63,739 bases of DNA, filler included, from a bacterium (GCA_043817485.1; 7 parts of 7 records of this genome joined end to end with filler, not necessarily neighbours in it), one strand, 5' to 3'; positions 9,566-20,330 are shown, counted from the first letter of the whole stretch. The notes: generated by a model not told the origin, from the letters alone. Numbers and translations are program-made.

Positions 9566-9606
9566 GTTAATTCTCCGAATGTTAATTCCTTGAATGTTAA
9601 TTCTCC
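9563..9606. repeat. Three tandem 15-bp-period repeats
   Basis: aatgttaattctcc / aatgttaattcctt / aatgttaattctcc at 9563, 9578, 9593. Confidence 0.85.
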
Positions 9607-10641
9607 AATTCTTTTATTTTTTCTACAATATCAGATTGATTTGGATTTAATTCTAATGATTTTTTTAATTCATAAATAGCTTTTTCTTTTTGATTGATTT
9701 TTAAATAACAAAAGCCCAAATTATTATGTTTTTGCCAACTTATTTTTTCTATTGTTAAATATTCTTTTATTGCTTCTTGATATTTTTCTTGTTTAACATA
9801 AATATATGCTTTATATTCAGCTATTTCATCAAAAGATATAATTTTATTTATTTTTTTTAAAGTTTTTAAAGCTTTTTTAAAATTAGAAAGACAAATATAA
9901 CTTTCTAAAAGTTTTAAATATGATTCTTTATCTTTTTTTGAAAGTTTTATTGCTTGTTTAAATGAATTACAAGCTAACTCATATTTTTTACTTCGTAATG
10001 CAGCTTTTCCTAATCCTAAATAACAAGAAAATGATTTAATATTTAGGTCTAAAGCAACTTGATATTCAAAAACAGCTTCTTCATACATTTTCAAATCTAA
10101 ATATATTTTAGCAATTGTTTCTTGTGCTTTTTTTTCCTTCAAAACTAAAGGGCTTTAATTCAACAACTTTTTGATAATTTAATATAGCTTCTTCCCAATT
10201 TTCTAATTTTTGAAAAACACGGCCCATATTCAAATAAGATTCCAAATTAGATGGATTTATTTCTAAAGCTTTTTTTAAAAATAAAATAGCATTTTCATAA
10301 TCTTCTTTATACAAATAAACACAACCAATATTTTTATAAACTTTTTCATAATTAAAATTCTCTTGTTTAGAATCTATTATTTTTTGAAAACATTCAATAG
10401 ATTTATCCCATTCTTGTATTTGTCGATAACAAATACCTAAAGCATTATAAACTTCAAAATAGTTTTGATCTATTTCTAAAGATTTAAGATAAAAGTCTAT
10501 AGCTTTTGTATACATCATTTTTTCGTAAAATTTATTTCCTTGTTTATAATATTTTTCTGATTCTTCTGATGGAATATAAGATTCAGAAAAAACAAATAAA
10601 ATTTGAAATACAAACAAAATAATAAAAAATTTATTTTTCAT
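9597..10641 (-). pseudogene. Exported TPR protein split by a frameshift in an A8 run (10128-10135)
   Basis: Two overlapping TPR ORFs (10108..10641, 9597..10142) fuse in frame (..FEGKK|AQETIAK..) if one A is removed. Confidence 0.7.
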
Positions 10642-10766
10642 AAATACCTCAATTATTAATTTCCAACAATGTAATTTTTAATTACATTTTCACAAAATCT
10701 CTATTTTTAAGCATTAAAATTATTTAAAAAAATATTTCATTTTTTTTTGATTTTATTTTATAACTT

Positions 10767-13550
10767 TTAAAACATATTATTCCAATATAAATAAAATACA
10801 GGTTGTTTTTTTATAGGAAGTGTCCATGCCCAATCAAATCTCCAAATAATTGGCATAAAAGAAAAAATCATTCGTAATCCTAATCCAGTGCTTATTTTTA
10901 AATCAGACCATTTTTTTTCTGTTGAAGAAAAAATACTTCCACCATCTACAAAAACAACTCCATAAACTCCATAAACAGTATTTAGAATATTATTAAAAAA
11001 TAAAGTTCTTATTTCTATATTAGATAACCCAAATCCCATTCCTTTAAATTCTCCATATTCATAACCTCTTATAGTATCTTGACCACCTACATAAAAATCA
11101 TATTCATTTTGATTATATCCAGATTTTATTCTTCCACATAAAACAACTCGATTATTTAATGAATGATATTTTCTATAATCTAATTGAATGCTGTTAAATT
11201 TTGTATTTCCTCCTAATATTTTATCAACTAAAATTAAAGTGTATTTACTTCTAATTCCATCTATAGGATAATAAAAAAAATCCATTTTAGCATTATCAAT
11301 AATAAAAGAAGATTCTAACCCTCTTAGAATATAAGTTTTATCACCTTCCCATTCATCAGATTGAAAAATAATTCCGCTTTCTAATCTTTTAAATTTATCA
11401 AAAGGGTATTTTATATTAAAATTTATTCCTGATAAATATCTTGATTGTAAAACAAAATTGTCATTTTTTAAATAATATAAAGGAATATTAAAATATCCTA
11501 TTTGATAAGACAATCTATTTTTAAAAGAAAAATAATTTGTCATAAAAAGAGTATTTTTAAATTGTTTATTTAAAGGTTCATCTTTTTTATTTATTTGTAT
11601 ATTAAGATTTTCTCCTTGTGCTATTATATATTTATTTCCCAACAAATCGCTTGCAATAAGTCCAAATCCTATGACACTTTCTCTAACTAAATCATAAGAA
11701 AAATAAGGAAATATTTTATCTAAACTTATTCCCAAATTAGGTTTTTCTTTAATTTCATTTTCATCACCAATAAAATTTCTATTTTCTTTTTTTATTTCTT
11801 TTTCTTGAGGTTTTATTTTTAATTTAATTTTTTCATATTCATATTTTTCTTGATAAGGAGAAATAAAAATAAGTTTTTCTTTTTGAATAATAGAGGGAAT
11901 TATTTCTTTTAAAGATATTTCATATAAATTCATTTTTTCTTTTAAAAATACATTACATAAAATTCTATTTTCAAAAACAGAAGGTAAAAATACTCCTCCA
12001 TTTATATCAGTAATTTGTTTTAAATTATTTCCAGTAATATCCATTTCATAAAGATTAAAGATTTCACAATCTTTATCAGAAATAAAAAATATTTTATTTC
12101 CATCTTGAGAAATAATTGGTTGAATATTATTATTTTGTTTAGTTAAAGAAAAAGGAGTGTTTTGAGGTGCATCTAAAAGAAAAATTTGTATTCCTTCATT
12201 TCGTTCTGCTGAATAAATAATTCCTTTATTGTTTGGTAATCCAATTGGTGTATTTTCTTGAAATTCATCATTTGTCCATTTAATTAAATTTTGCCCATTT
12301 TTATCAATTGAATAAATATCAGATTGTCCATTTTTAAATCCAACAAAAATTATTTTATCTTCATACCAATTAGGAGAAATAATATCATCCAAAGGAACAC
12401 TTATTTTTTTAGCAATTTTTCGATTATATATATTTTGAATAAAAATATAATTTTTGCCTTTTTGTTGAGCAATAAAAATAATTTCTTCACTATTAGAAGC
12501 CCATGAAAAAATATTTCCAGTTTGTGTATAACAAATATTTTCAAAAAATTTTCCACAAAGATATTTTGAAAGAGAAATTTCTTTTTTAGAAAAATCAGAA
12601 TTTTGTAAAAATAATTCAGTAAAATTATTTTTAGTAGAAAAATAAATAACTTTTTTTCCATCTGGAGAAAATTGCGGATTTATTTCAGAAGAAAATGTGT
12701 TTTTATTATTATTAACAATTTTTACATCATTTAAAGAAATATTTTTTTTTGTAGTAAAATTTATATGTTTTCTTTTTAAAAAAATACGCCAAAGAATATC
12801 TAATTCTTTGGTATTTATATTAATACTTTTTTGAAGTGCTTCATCAAAAGAAAGTGTTTCTTTTGAATATCTAAAAATATCTATTAATTTATGCTCTCCA
12901 AAACAAGAAACAATATATTCTATAAGAGAATGTGCTTCTTTATAAGCTAAATAAACAGATCCTTTTCCTGAAAGAGCATCATTTAAGTTTTCAATAGGAA
13001 TAAAAGTATCATTTAAAATAGCATCTCTAATAAGCATTTTTTCATAAGTACTCCAATGAGATGCTTGATATTCAGCTAATCCTTCCATAAACCATAAAGG
13101 AATATTTTTTATTTGCTGTTCAGAAACAAAATTCAAATGAACTACATGAGTAAATTCATGAGTAATTATTCTTTGTAATTCTTTTTTTGAAAAATCTAAA
13201 GGAATTACTATTCTATTTTTTGAAAAGGTAGTAAAACCTCCTACTCCTTCTCCAATAAAATCTGGACTAACATTTGTTTCTTCAAATTCATTATGAGATT
13301 TATAGATAATTAAAGGAGTAATTTTTGTAGGAATATATTTTAAACTATTTGTTACCTTGTCATAAGATTGTTCTGCCATTTTTGCTATTTTTTCAATTAA
13401 AATTTCATCACAATCATAATAAAGAATTTCAAAATGTTTAGCAGAATAAGTTTTCCAAATAAAATTACGATAACAAACTTTATTTTTTCCAAATTCTTGA
13501 GCATTTATTGTTGTTATAAAAAATAAAAAAATAATAAATATTTTTTTCAT
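10767..13550 (-). CDS. Peptidase MA-like / PD40 beta-propeller / Omp85 (BamA/TamA-like) barrel protein
   Basis: QEFGKNKV N-terminus, HEFTH + PLWFMEGLAEY, TolB-like repeats, C-terminal IRGYEYG and GLGLR..RFDWAW barrel motifs. Confidence 0.8.
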   Translation of the reverse strand: MKKIFIIFLFFITTINAQEFGKNKVCYRNFIWKTYSAKHFEILYYDCDEILIEKIAKMAEQSYDKVTNSLKYIPTKITPLIIYKSHNEFEETNVSPDFIGEGVGGFTTFSKNRIVIPLDFSKKELQRIITHEFTHVVHLNFVSEQQIKNIPLWFMEGLAEYQASHWSTYEKMLIRDAILNDTFIPIENLNDALSGKGSVYLAYKEAHSLIEYIVSCFGEHKLIDIFRYSKETLSFDEALQKSININTKELDILWRIFLKRKHINFTTKKNISLNDVKIVNNNKNTFSSEINPQFSPDGKKVIYFSTKNNFTELFLQNSDFSKKEISLSKYLCGKFFENICYTQTGNIFSWASNSEEIIFIAQQKGKNYIFIQNIYNRKIAKKISVPLDDIISPNWYEDKIIFVGFKNGQSDIYSIDKNGQNLIKWTNDEFQENTPIGLPNNKGIIYSAERNEGIQIFLLDAPQNTPFSLTKQNNNIQPIISQDGNKIFFISDKDCEIFNLYEMDITGNNLKQITDINGGVFLPSVFENRILCNVFLKEKMNLYEISLKEIIPSIIQKEKLIFISPYQEKYEYEKIKLKIKPQEKEIKKENRNFIGDENEIKEKPNLGISLDKIFPYFSYDLVRESVIGFGLIASDLLGNKYIIAQGENLNIQINKKDEPLNKQFKNTLFMTNYFSFKNRLSYQIGYFNIPLYYLKNDNFVLQSRYLSGINFNIKYPFDKFKRLESGIIFQSDEWEGDKTYILRGLESSFIIDNAKMDFFYYPIDGIRSKYTLILVDKILGGNTKFNSIQLDYRKYHSLNNRVVLCGRIKSGYNQNEYDFYVGGQDTIRGYEYGEFKGMGFGLSNIEIRTLFFNNILNTVYGVYGVVFVDGGSIFSSTEKKWSDLKISTGLGLRMIFSFMPIIWRFDWAWTLPIKKQPVFYLYWNNMF

Positions 13551-13647
13551 GTAAAAATCCTTTTTTTATCTGGGAGTGTCAATAATAATATATTTTCCTT
13601 GCAGAGAAAATCCACTGTCATTTATCGGGAGAGATTCATATATTTTT

Positions 13648-15021
13648 TTAAAAAGTAATTTCCTTAATTATTTCATCTCCTATTTTATAAACATCTCCAG
13701 CTCCCATTGTAATAATTAGTGCATCTTTTGCAAAATTATTTATTACAAAATCAACAATGTCTTTTTTTTCTTTAATGAAAATTACATTTTTATGTCCATA
13801 TTTTTTAATTATATTAGCCAAAAATTCTCCATTAATTCCTTCTATAGGAAATTCTCCAGCAGAATAAATTTCAGTAATAATTAAAACATCAGCATTATGA
13901 AAAACTTTTGTAAATTCTTCTAACATATCATTTGTTCGAGTATATCTATGAGGTTGAAAAATACATACAATTTGCTTATCCCAATTTTCTTTAGTAGCTT
14001 TTAAAGTAGCTTCAATTTCTTTTGGATGATGAGCATAATCATCAACAATAACTATATTTTTAGACTGTTTTTTAATTTGAAATCTTCTTTCAACTCCAGT
14101 AAATTCTTCTAAACCTTGCTTGATTGTTTTAAATTCTAAGCCCAATTCTAATCCTACAATAATAGAGCCCAAAGAATTTAAAATATTATGTTTTCCAGGA
14201 ACATTTAATTTTATTTCACCTAATAATTTATTTTTATAAAAAGCTTTATATGCAGAACCATAGTTTTTAGATTTAATATCTTTTGCGATTATATCTGCTG
14301 AAGTATAAATTCCATAAGTAATATATTTTTTTACTATTAAATGTAAAATAGATTGAATATTTGTATCATCAAGACAAAGAATAGCAGTTCCATAAAAAGG
14401 AATGTGATTAATAAATTCTACAAAAGCAGTTTTTATATTATATAAATTTTTGTAATAAGGAAGATGTTCTTTATCTATATTAGTAACTAATGCTATAGTT
14501 GGATGAAGATGTAAAAATGAACCATCACTTTCATCAGCTTCTGCTATTAAAAATTCACCTTTTCCTAATTTAGCACTAACTCCTCCAATAGAATTTAATT
14601 TTCCACCAATAATCATTGTAGGATCTAATCCTGCTGTAGAAAACATTAAAGAAATCATTGAAGTAGTTGTAGTTTTTCCATGAGAACCAGATATAGCAAT
14701 ACTATATTTTGCTCGCATAAGTTCTGCTAACATTTCTGCACGAGGAATAACTGTAATTTTTCTATTTTTTGCAGCAATAATTTCATCATTATCAGAAAAA
14801 ATAGCTGAAGAAAATACAACAACATCAACATCTTTTATATTTTCTGCTTTATGTGAATAATATATTTTTATTCCTTTTTGTTCTAATCTATGAGTTATAC
14901 TTGTTTCTTTAATATCAGAACCACTTATTTTATAACCTAAATTTAATAAAATTTCTGCTATTCCACACATTCCAATACCACCAATTCCAACAAAATGTAT
15001 TTTAGTGTTTTTTTTAATCAT
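13648..15021 (-). CDS. murC: UDP-N-acetylmuramate--L-alanine ligase
   Basis: GIGGIGM, GSHGKTTTT, EADESDGSF, DDYAHHP, FQPHRYTRT. Confidence 0.97.
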   Translation of the reverse strand: MIKKNTKIHFVGIGGIGMCGIAEILLNLGYKISGSDIKETSITHRLEQKGIKIYYSHKAENIKDVDVVVFSSAIFSDNDEIIAAKNRKITVIPRAEMLAELMRAKYSIAISGSHGKTTTTSMISLMFSTAGLDPTMIIGGKLNSIGGVSAKLGKGEFLIAEADESDGSFLHLHPTIALVTNIDKEHLPYYKNLYNIKTAFVEFINHIPFYGTAILCLDDTNIQSILHLIVKKYITYGIYTSADIIAKDIKSKNYGSAYKAFYKNKLLGEIKLNVPGKHNILNSLGSIIVGLELGLEFKTIKQGLEEFTGVERRFQIKKQSKNIVIVDDYAHHPKEIEATLKATKENWDKQIVCIFQPHRYTRTNDMLEEFTKVFHNADVLIITEIYSAGEFPIEGINGEFLANIIKKYGHKNVIFIKEKKDIVDFVINNFAKDALIITMGAGDVYKIGDEIIKEITF

Positions 15022-16121
15022 TATCGTCTCCTTTGAGCTATTTTATAAATAATCTTAACAATTTTATCTGTTGCATTTTCAATAAATAATGCTTTACTTT
15101 TTTCACTCATTTTTTTAAGTTTATTTTCATCATAAATTAAAGAAAGAATTAAATTTTTTAATTTTGATATTGTAATTTCTTTTTGTTCTAAAACAATTGC
15201 TGCTCCATTATTTTCTAATGTTTTAGCATTATGCCATTGATGATTATTTGCTGCATAAGGAAAAGGAATAAATATAGCAGGGATTCCAATGCTCATTATT
15301 TCAGAAATACTTATTGCTCCAGATCTACTAATAATTAAATCAGCTGCACAATAAGCATCTTCTATATTAGTTAAAAAAGGCTTTCTTATAAGAGAAATAA
15401 ATTCATAATTTTGTTTCAAATTAAAAGATACATAATCTTTTTTTCCAGTAATATGAATAATTTGAAAAGAATGTTTTTCTTCTTCTAATATGTTTATAAC
15501 TTGATTTGTTATTTCGTTGATAAAATGAGATCCTTGGCCACCACCTAAAAATAAAATAGTTTTTTTGTTTTTAGATAAAGCAAAAAATTTTAAAGATAAT
15601 TCTTTAGTATTATTTAATATTTTTTTTCTTATTGGATTTCCAGTATTTTCTTTTTTATTAGAACTAATTTTAAAATATTTACTTGCTTGTTCATTAGGTA
15701 AACAAACATAATCAACTAAATGCGATAAAATTTTATTAGCAATACCAGGAATTGTATTTTGCTCTAATATAATTCTTGGATATTTTAAAATCCAAGCAGC
15801 AATTAAAACTGGTACAGAAACATAACCACCTGTTCCAATTACTATATCTGGTTTTAATTTAAAACAAATTGAGAATGCTTTCATTAAAGCAAAAAATAAA
15901 TCAAAAAAAGAAATAATTTTTTGTAAAAATGGTTTTCCAACAATTCCTTTTACATTAAGAAATAAAAGTTTAAAATTATATTCTGGAAGAATTTTTGCTT
16001 CTAATCCATTTTTAGTTCCAATAAAAATAATTTCATTATTTAATTCTTGTAATTTTTCAGCAATACAAATACCTGGATAAAGATGCCCACCAGTACCACC
16101 TCCAGCAATAATTATACGCAT
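15021..16121 (-). CDS. murG: Lipid II GlcNAc transferase
   Basis: GGGTGGH, GTGGYVS, EQN, GNPIR, SRSGA, NHQ..NA; probable ATG at 16121 after GAGGT. Confidence 0.96.
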   Translation of the reverse strand: MRIIIAGGGTGGHLYPGICIAEKLQELNNEIIFIGTKNGLEAKILPEYNFKLLFLNVKGIVGKPFLQKIISFFDLFFALMKAFSICFKLKPDIVIGTGGYVSVPVLIAAWILKYPRIILEQNTIPGIANKILSHLVDYVCLPNEQASKYFKISSNKKENTGNPIRKKILNNTKELSLKFFALSKNKKTILFLGGGQGSHFINEITNQVINILEEEKHSFQIIHITGKKDYVSFNLKQNYEFISLIRKPFLTNIEDAYCAADLIISRSGAISISEIMSIGIPAIFIPFPYAANNHQWHNAKTLENNGAAIVLEQKEITISKLKNLILSLIYDENKLKKMSEKSKALFIENATDKIVKIIYKIAQRRR

Positions 16122-16310
16122 AAATACCTCTTTATTCAATATTTTCTTGTAGATACAAATCTTTTGATTACCTTATTAACAGGAACAAACTATGCACAAT
16201 ATAATTTTATTAGCAATAAACCAAAATAAAGCATTTCCCCCTCAAATGGATTATAAAAAAAATTCTATATTTTTTTTTATTCTGAATTCTAACTCCTGTA
16301 TTCTGTCTTT

Positions 16311-16391
16311 CTACAATAATACCACCCTTTCAGGGTTTTAACTGAAATTATTAATAATATGCTATAATAATATCATCCCTTCGGGATTAAA
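16311..16391. repeat. Two direct repeats, each with a small GC hairpin (REP-like)
   Basis: ctacaataataccaccctttcagggttt and ctataataatatcatcccttcgggatt, period 51; partial third copy 16468..16480. Confidence 0.6.
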
Positions 16392-16408
16392 TTTTTTGTT
16401 TTTTTCTT

Positions 16409-16430
16409 TGTCCCCTGCTGGCAGGGGACA
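16409..16430. repeat. 22-bp GC-rich palindrome tgtcccctgc-tg-gcaggggaca
   Basis: Perfect 10-bp arms; 15-bp reverse-complement match at 3669..3683. Confidence 0.65.
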
Positions 16431-16510
16431 TTTATAAGTCATTGCACTACCAATTCCATGAGGTTATCAATAATACCACCATTCAAATGAGAACAAAGCA
16501 TCCACACCCC

Positions 16511-16547
16511 CGAATATATTATAATTAACATAATTATAATATATTCG
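16511..16547. terminator. 17-bp-stem hairpin downstream of the aminotransferase gene
   Basis: cgaatatattataatta-aca-taattataatatattcg. Confidence 0.5.
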
Positions 16548-16583
16548 AAAATTTAGTTTGTTAACATTTAATAATTTATTATT

Positions 16584-17403
16584 TTATTCCAATATTTCAA
16601 ATGCTTTTTTTATTCTATTACAAGCATTTATAATGTTTTCCATTGAAGTAGCATAAGAAAGTCTTAAATGGTCATTTTTACCAAATCCTTCTCCAGGAAC
16701 AACAGCAACTTCTGCTTTTTCCAAAAGATATTCTGCTAAATCTGCTGCACTTTCTATTTTTTTTCCTGAATAATTTTTGCCTAATAATTTTGATATATCA
16801 AGAAAAAGATAAAAAGCACCTTCTGGTTTAAGACAAGAAACATTTGATAAAGTATTAAAAAAATTCCAGATATAATCACGCCTTTTTTCAAATTCTTTTT
16901 TCATTGTTTCTATTTTTTGAGAAGAATAAGAAAAAGCTTCTAATGCTGCTTTTTGAGAAATAGAACAAGGATTTGAAGTAGAATGACTTTGAAGTGTATC
17001 TATAGCAGAAATAATTTCTTTTTTTCCAGCCAAATAACCTATTCTCCAACCTGTCATTGCATAAGTTTTCGAAACACCATTTACAATTAAACAAAGTTCT
17101 TTTATTTTATCATTTAAAGAAGCAATACTTATATGAATTTTGTCATCATAAATTAATTTTTCATAAATTTCATCAGAAATACAAAAAATATTTTTTTCTA
17201 CTAAAACTTGGGCAATTTGTTCTAATTCTTTTTTTGAATATATAGAACCAGTAGGATTATTAGGAGAATTAAGTATAAATAATTTTGTTTTAGAAGTAAT
17301 AGCTTTTTCTAATTCTTCTTTTGTAATTTTAAATTTATTTTCTTTTAAAGTTTCAACAATAATTGGTGTAGCACTAGCAAGTTTTATTTGTTCAAAATAA
17401 CTT
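16584..17403 (-). CDS. Class I/II PLP aminotransferase (aspartate aminotransferase-like), 5'-truncated by contig end
   Basis: Frame open upstream of the ORF-track start: LNSPNNPTG, SDEIY, NGVSKTYAMTGWRIGY, PEGAFY, LRLSYA. Confidence 0.9.
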
Positions 17404-17503
17404 NNNNNNNNNNNNNNNNNNNNNNNNNNNNNNNNNNNNNNNNNNNNTTAATTAATTAANNNNNNNNNNNNNNNNNNNNNNNNNNNNNNNNNNNNNNNNN
17501 NNN

Positions 17504-17625
17504 CCAAATCCTTCAACCTAATCCTTAAGGATTAGGTTGAAGGATTTGGTTGAAGAAAAAAGAATGACAGCAATCACGCGTAGTCAACCGAATCCTTAAG
17601 GATTCGGTTAAAGAATTCGGTTGAA
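17504..17625. repeat. Cluster of perfect CCTTAAGG-centred palindromes, one nested inside another
   Basis: 46-bp palindrome 17504..17549; 24-bp palindrome 17586..17609 followed by an extra arm. Confidence 0.8.
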
Positions 17626-17766
17626 GGAAAATTGGGATTCATTATTCTAATATTAATTGTGTAAAAGTATGGAAAGAAGTAAAACTTGAGCAAGTTATTT
17701 TTGTTATCAATAAAAAAAAGTCGTCAAAATATACTTCTGGCAAATTTGAAAGGTGATAATGTATGG

Positions 17767-17796
17767 TTGAACCGACGATTTAAATCGTCGGTTCAA
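17767..17796. repeat. 30-bp perfect palindrome upstream of pyrG
   Basis: ttgaaccgacgattt|aaatcgtcggttcaa. Confidence 0.8.
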
Positions 17797-17869
17797 GGTG
17801 TTGGTTCACAAGGTATCTGTCCAAGAATAAGGATTATTTAACAACAGTAATGTTGAAAGGAATAAATAT

Positions 17870-19483
17870 ATGGCTAAATACATTATTATTACTGGTGGCG
17901 TTGTTTCAAGTTTAGGAAAAGGAATAGCTTCTGCTTCTATTGGAAAACTTTTAGAAGAACATGGTTTAAAAATTTCTTTAATAAAATGCGATCCTTATAT
18001 TAATATTGATCCTGGAACAATGAGTCCATTTCAACATGGTGAAGTTTATGTCACAGATGATGGTGCAGAAACAGATTTGGATTTAGGACATTATGCTCGA
18101 TTTACAAATACTTCTTTAGCCAAAGAAAATAATATTACTACTGGTAAAATTTATTATTCTGTTATTATGAAAGAAAGAAAAGGAGATTATTTAGGAAAAA
18201 CAGTTCAAGTAATTCCTCATATTACTACTGAAATTAAAAATTCTATTAAACAAATTTCTCATAAAAAAGATTTAGATGTAGTAATAGTAGAAATAGGTGG
18301 AACAGTAGGCGATATTGAAAGTCTTCCTTTCTTAGAAGCAGTTAGACAAATAATGTTAGAAGAAGGACAAAACAATGCTATTAATATTCATTTAACTTTA
18401 ATTCCCTATATTAAAAGTGCTGATGAAATTAAAACAAAACCTACTCAACATAGTGTAGGGAAATTAAGAGAAATAGGAATTCAACCAAATATTCTTTTAT
18501 GTCGAACAGAAAAACCTTTTTCTTCAGAAGTAAAATCTAAAATTGCTTTATTTTGCAATGTTAAAGAAAATGCTGTTATTCAAGCATTAGATACAGATAA
18601 TATTTATGAAATTCCTATTATGTTTCAAAAAGATAACCTTGATAATTTAATTATAAATATGCTTGATTTAAAAATAAAACCATGTAAAAAATATCTTGAA
18701 GAATGGAAAAAAATTATTAATATTCAAAAAAATTTAAAACAAACAATAACAATTGCTGTAGTTGGTAAATATATTATACTTCAAGATGCTTATAAATCAA
18801 TTTATGAATCTTTAACACATGCGGGAATTGCTAATAATGTAGAAATTAAACTTAAAAAAGTAGATTCAGAAAAAATTGAAAAAGAAGGAGCAAAAAAATA
18901 TTTACAAGATGTTCAAGGAATTCTTATTCCAGGTGGTTTTGGATCAAGAGGAATTGAAGGGAAAATTGAAGCTGTAAAATTTGCGAGAGAAAATAAAATT
19001 CCTTTTTTTGGAATATGTTTAGGTATGCAAATAGCAGTAATAGAATTTGCTCGAAATGTTTGTGGATTTTTAAAAGCAAATTCAACTGAATTTGAAAAAA
19101 ATACTCCTTATCCAGTAATTAGTCTTCTTGAAAACCAAAAAAATATAAAAGATAAAGGTGGAACAATGCGATTAGGTGCTTATTTGTGTTCTCTTGAAAA
19201 AAACACACATTCTTTTCTTGCTTATGAAAATATAAAAATTTACGAAAGACATAGACATAGATATGAATTTAATAATAAATATAAAAATTTAATGAAAAAA
19301 AAAGGACTTGTAATTGCTGGAATTCATCCTAAAGGAAATTTAGTAGAAATAATTGAATTAAAAAATCATCCATGGTTTTTGGCTTGTCAATTTCATCCAG
19401 AATTTAAGTCTAAACCAGATAATGCACATCCTTTATTTAAGTCTTTCATAGAAGCAATTTTGAAACAAAAAAACATATTATAA
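17870..19483 (+). CDS. pyrG: CTP synthase
   Basis: [54 protein letters not shown]. Confidence 0.98.
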   Translation: MAKYIIITGGVVSSLGKGIASASIGKLLEEHGLKISLIKCDPYINIDPGTMSPFQHGEVYVTDDGAETDLDLGHYARFTNTSLAKENNITTGKIYYSVIMKERKGDYLGKTVQVIPHITTEIKNSIKQISHKKDLDVVIVEIGGTVGDIESLPFLEAVRQIMLEEGQNNAINIHLTLIPYIKSADEIKTKPTQHSVGKLREIGIQPNILLCRTEKPFSSEVKSKIALFCNVKENAVIQALDTDNIYEIPIMFQKDNLDNLIINMLDLKIKPCKKYLEEWKKIINIQKNLKQTITIAVVGKYIILQDAYKSIYESLTHAGIANNVEIKLKKVDSEKIEKEGAKKYLQDVQGILIPGGFGSRGIEGKIEAVKFARENKIPFFGICLGMQIAVIEFARNVCGFLKANSTEFEKNTPYPVISLLENQKNIKDKGGTMRLGAYLCSLEKNTHSFLAYENIKIYERHRHRYEFNNKYKNLMKKKGLVIAGIHPKGNLVEIIELKNHPWFLACQFHPEFKSKPDNAHPLFKSFIEAILKQKNIL

Positions 19484-19548
19484 AATTTTTCTTGACTTTT
19501 AAAATACAATAAAATATTTTTTAGTTTTTACTTTTATAATGGAAAAAA

Positions 19549-20280
19549 ATGAAAATAGAATATGAAATAAAAACTAATGTTGGAAAAATAAGAAAATTGA
19601 ATGAAGATAATTTTCTTGCTATTCCTTCTATGAATTTTTTTGTTGTTGCTGATGGAATGGGTGGACATAAATGTGGAGAAATAGCAAGTAAAATAGCAGT
19701 AAATACTTTAAAAGAAATATTATTATTATATAAAAAAAATGCAGAAAAAAATGAAGAAAAAATGTTAATAGAAGCAATAGCAATTGCCAATAATGAAATT
19801 TATGAACAATCAATAAAAAATGAATTTGCAAAAGGAATGGGAACTACAATTACATCAGTTTTAATTAAAAATGATGTAATTTATTTTGCCAATGTAGGAG
19901 ATAGCCGAACTTATCTTATACGAAATTCTTCAATTCAACAAAAAACAGATGACCATTCTTGGGTCTATGATCAAGTTAAAAATAATCTTCTTTCTAAAGA
20001 AGAAGCAAGAGTTCATAAATATAGAAATATAATTACACGAGCTTTAGGCATAGAAAAAAATATAAAAGCAGATATATTTAAAGAAAATTTACAAGAAGGA
20101 GATATTTTGCTTTTATGTTCTGATGGCTTAAATACTATGTTAGAAGATGAAAAAATTAAAAATATTATTATAGAAAATAGTAATAATCTTAAAAAATGTT
20201 GTCAAAAATTAATTGATGAAGCAAATAATAAAGGAGGTGAAGATAATATTACTATAATTGTAGTTAAAGTTAAAAAATAA
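19549..20280 (+). CDS. PP2C-family Ser/Thr protein phosphatase (Stp1/PrpC-like)
   Basis: NEDN, VADGMGGH, GMGTT, NVGDSR, LCSDGL, GGEDNIT. Confidence 0.93.
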   Translation: MKIEYEIKTNVGKIRKLNEDNFLAIPSMNFFVVADGMGGHKCGEIASKIAVNTLKEILLLYKKNAEKNEEKMLIEAIAIANNEIYEQSIKNEFAKGMGTTITSVLIKNDVIYFANVGDSRTYLIRNSSIQQKTDDHSWVYDQVKNNLLSKEEARVHKYRNIITRALGIEKNIKADIFKENLQEGDILLLCSDGLNTMLEDEKIKNIIIENSNNLKKCCQKLIDEANNKGGEDNITIIVVKVKK

Positions 20281-20330
20281 ATATTGTTTAAAATTATAAA
20301 ATTGTAATTTTAATTTTTAAGGAGAAATAA

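Noticed and set aside
16311-16480. Spaced direct repeats as a possible CRISPR array
   Set aside because: Only two degenerate copies plus a fragment, irregular spacing, no cas genes
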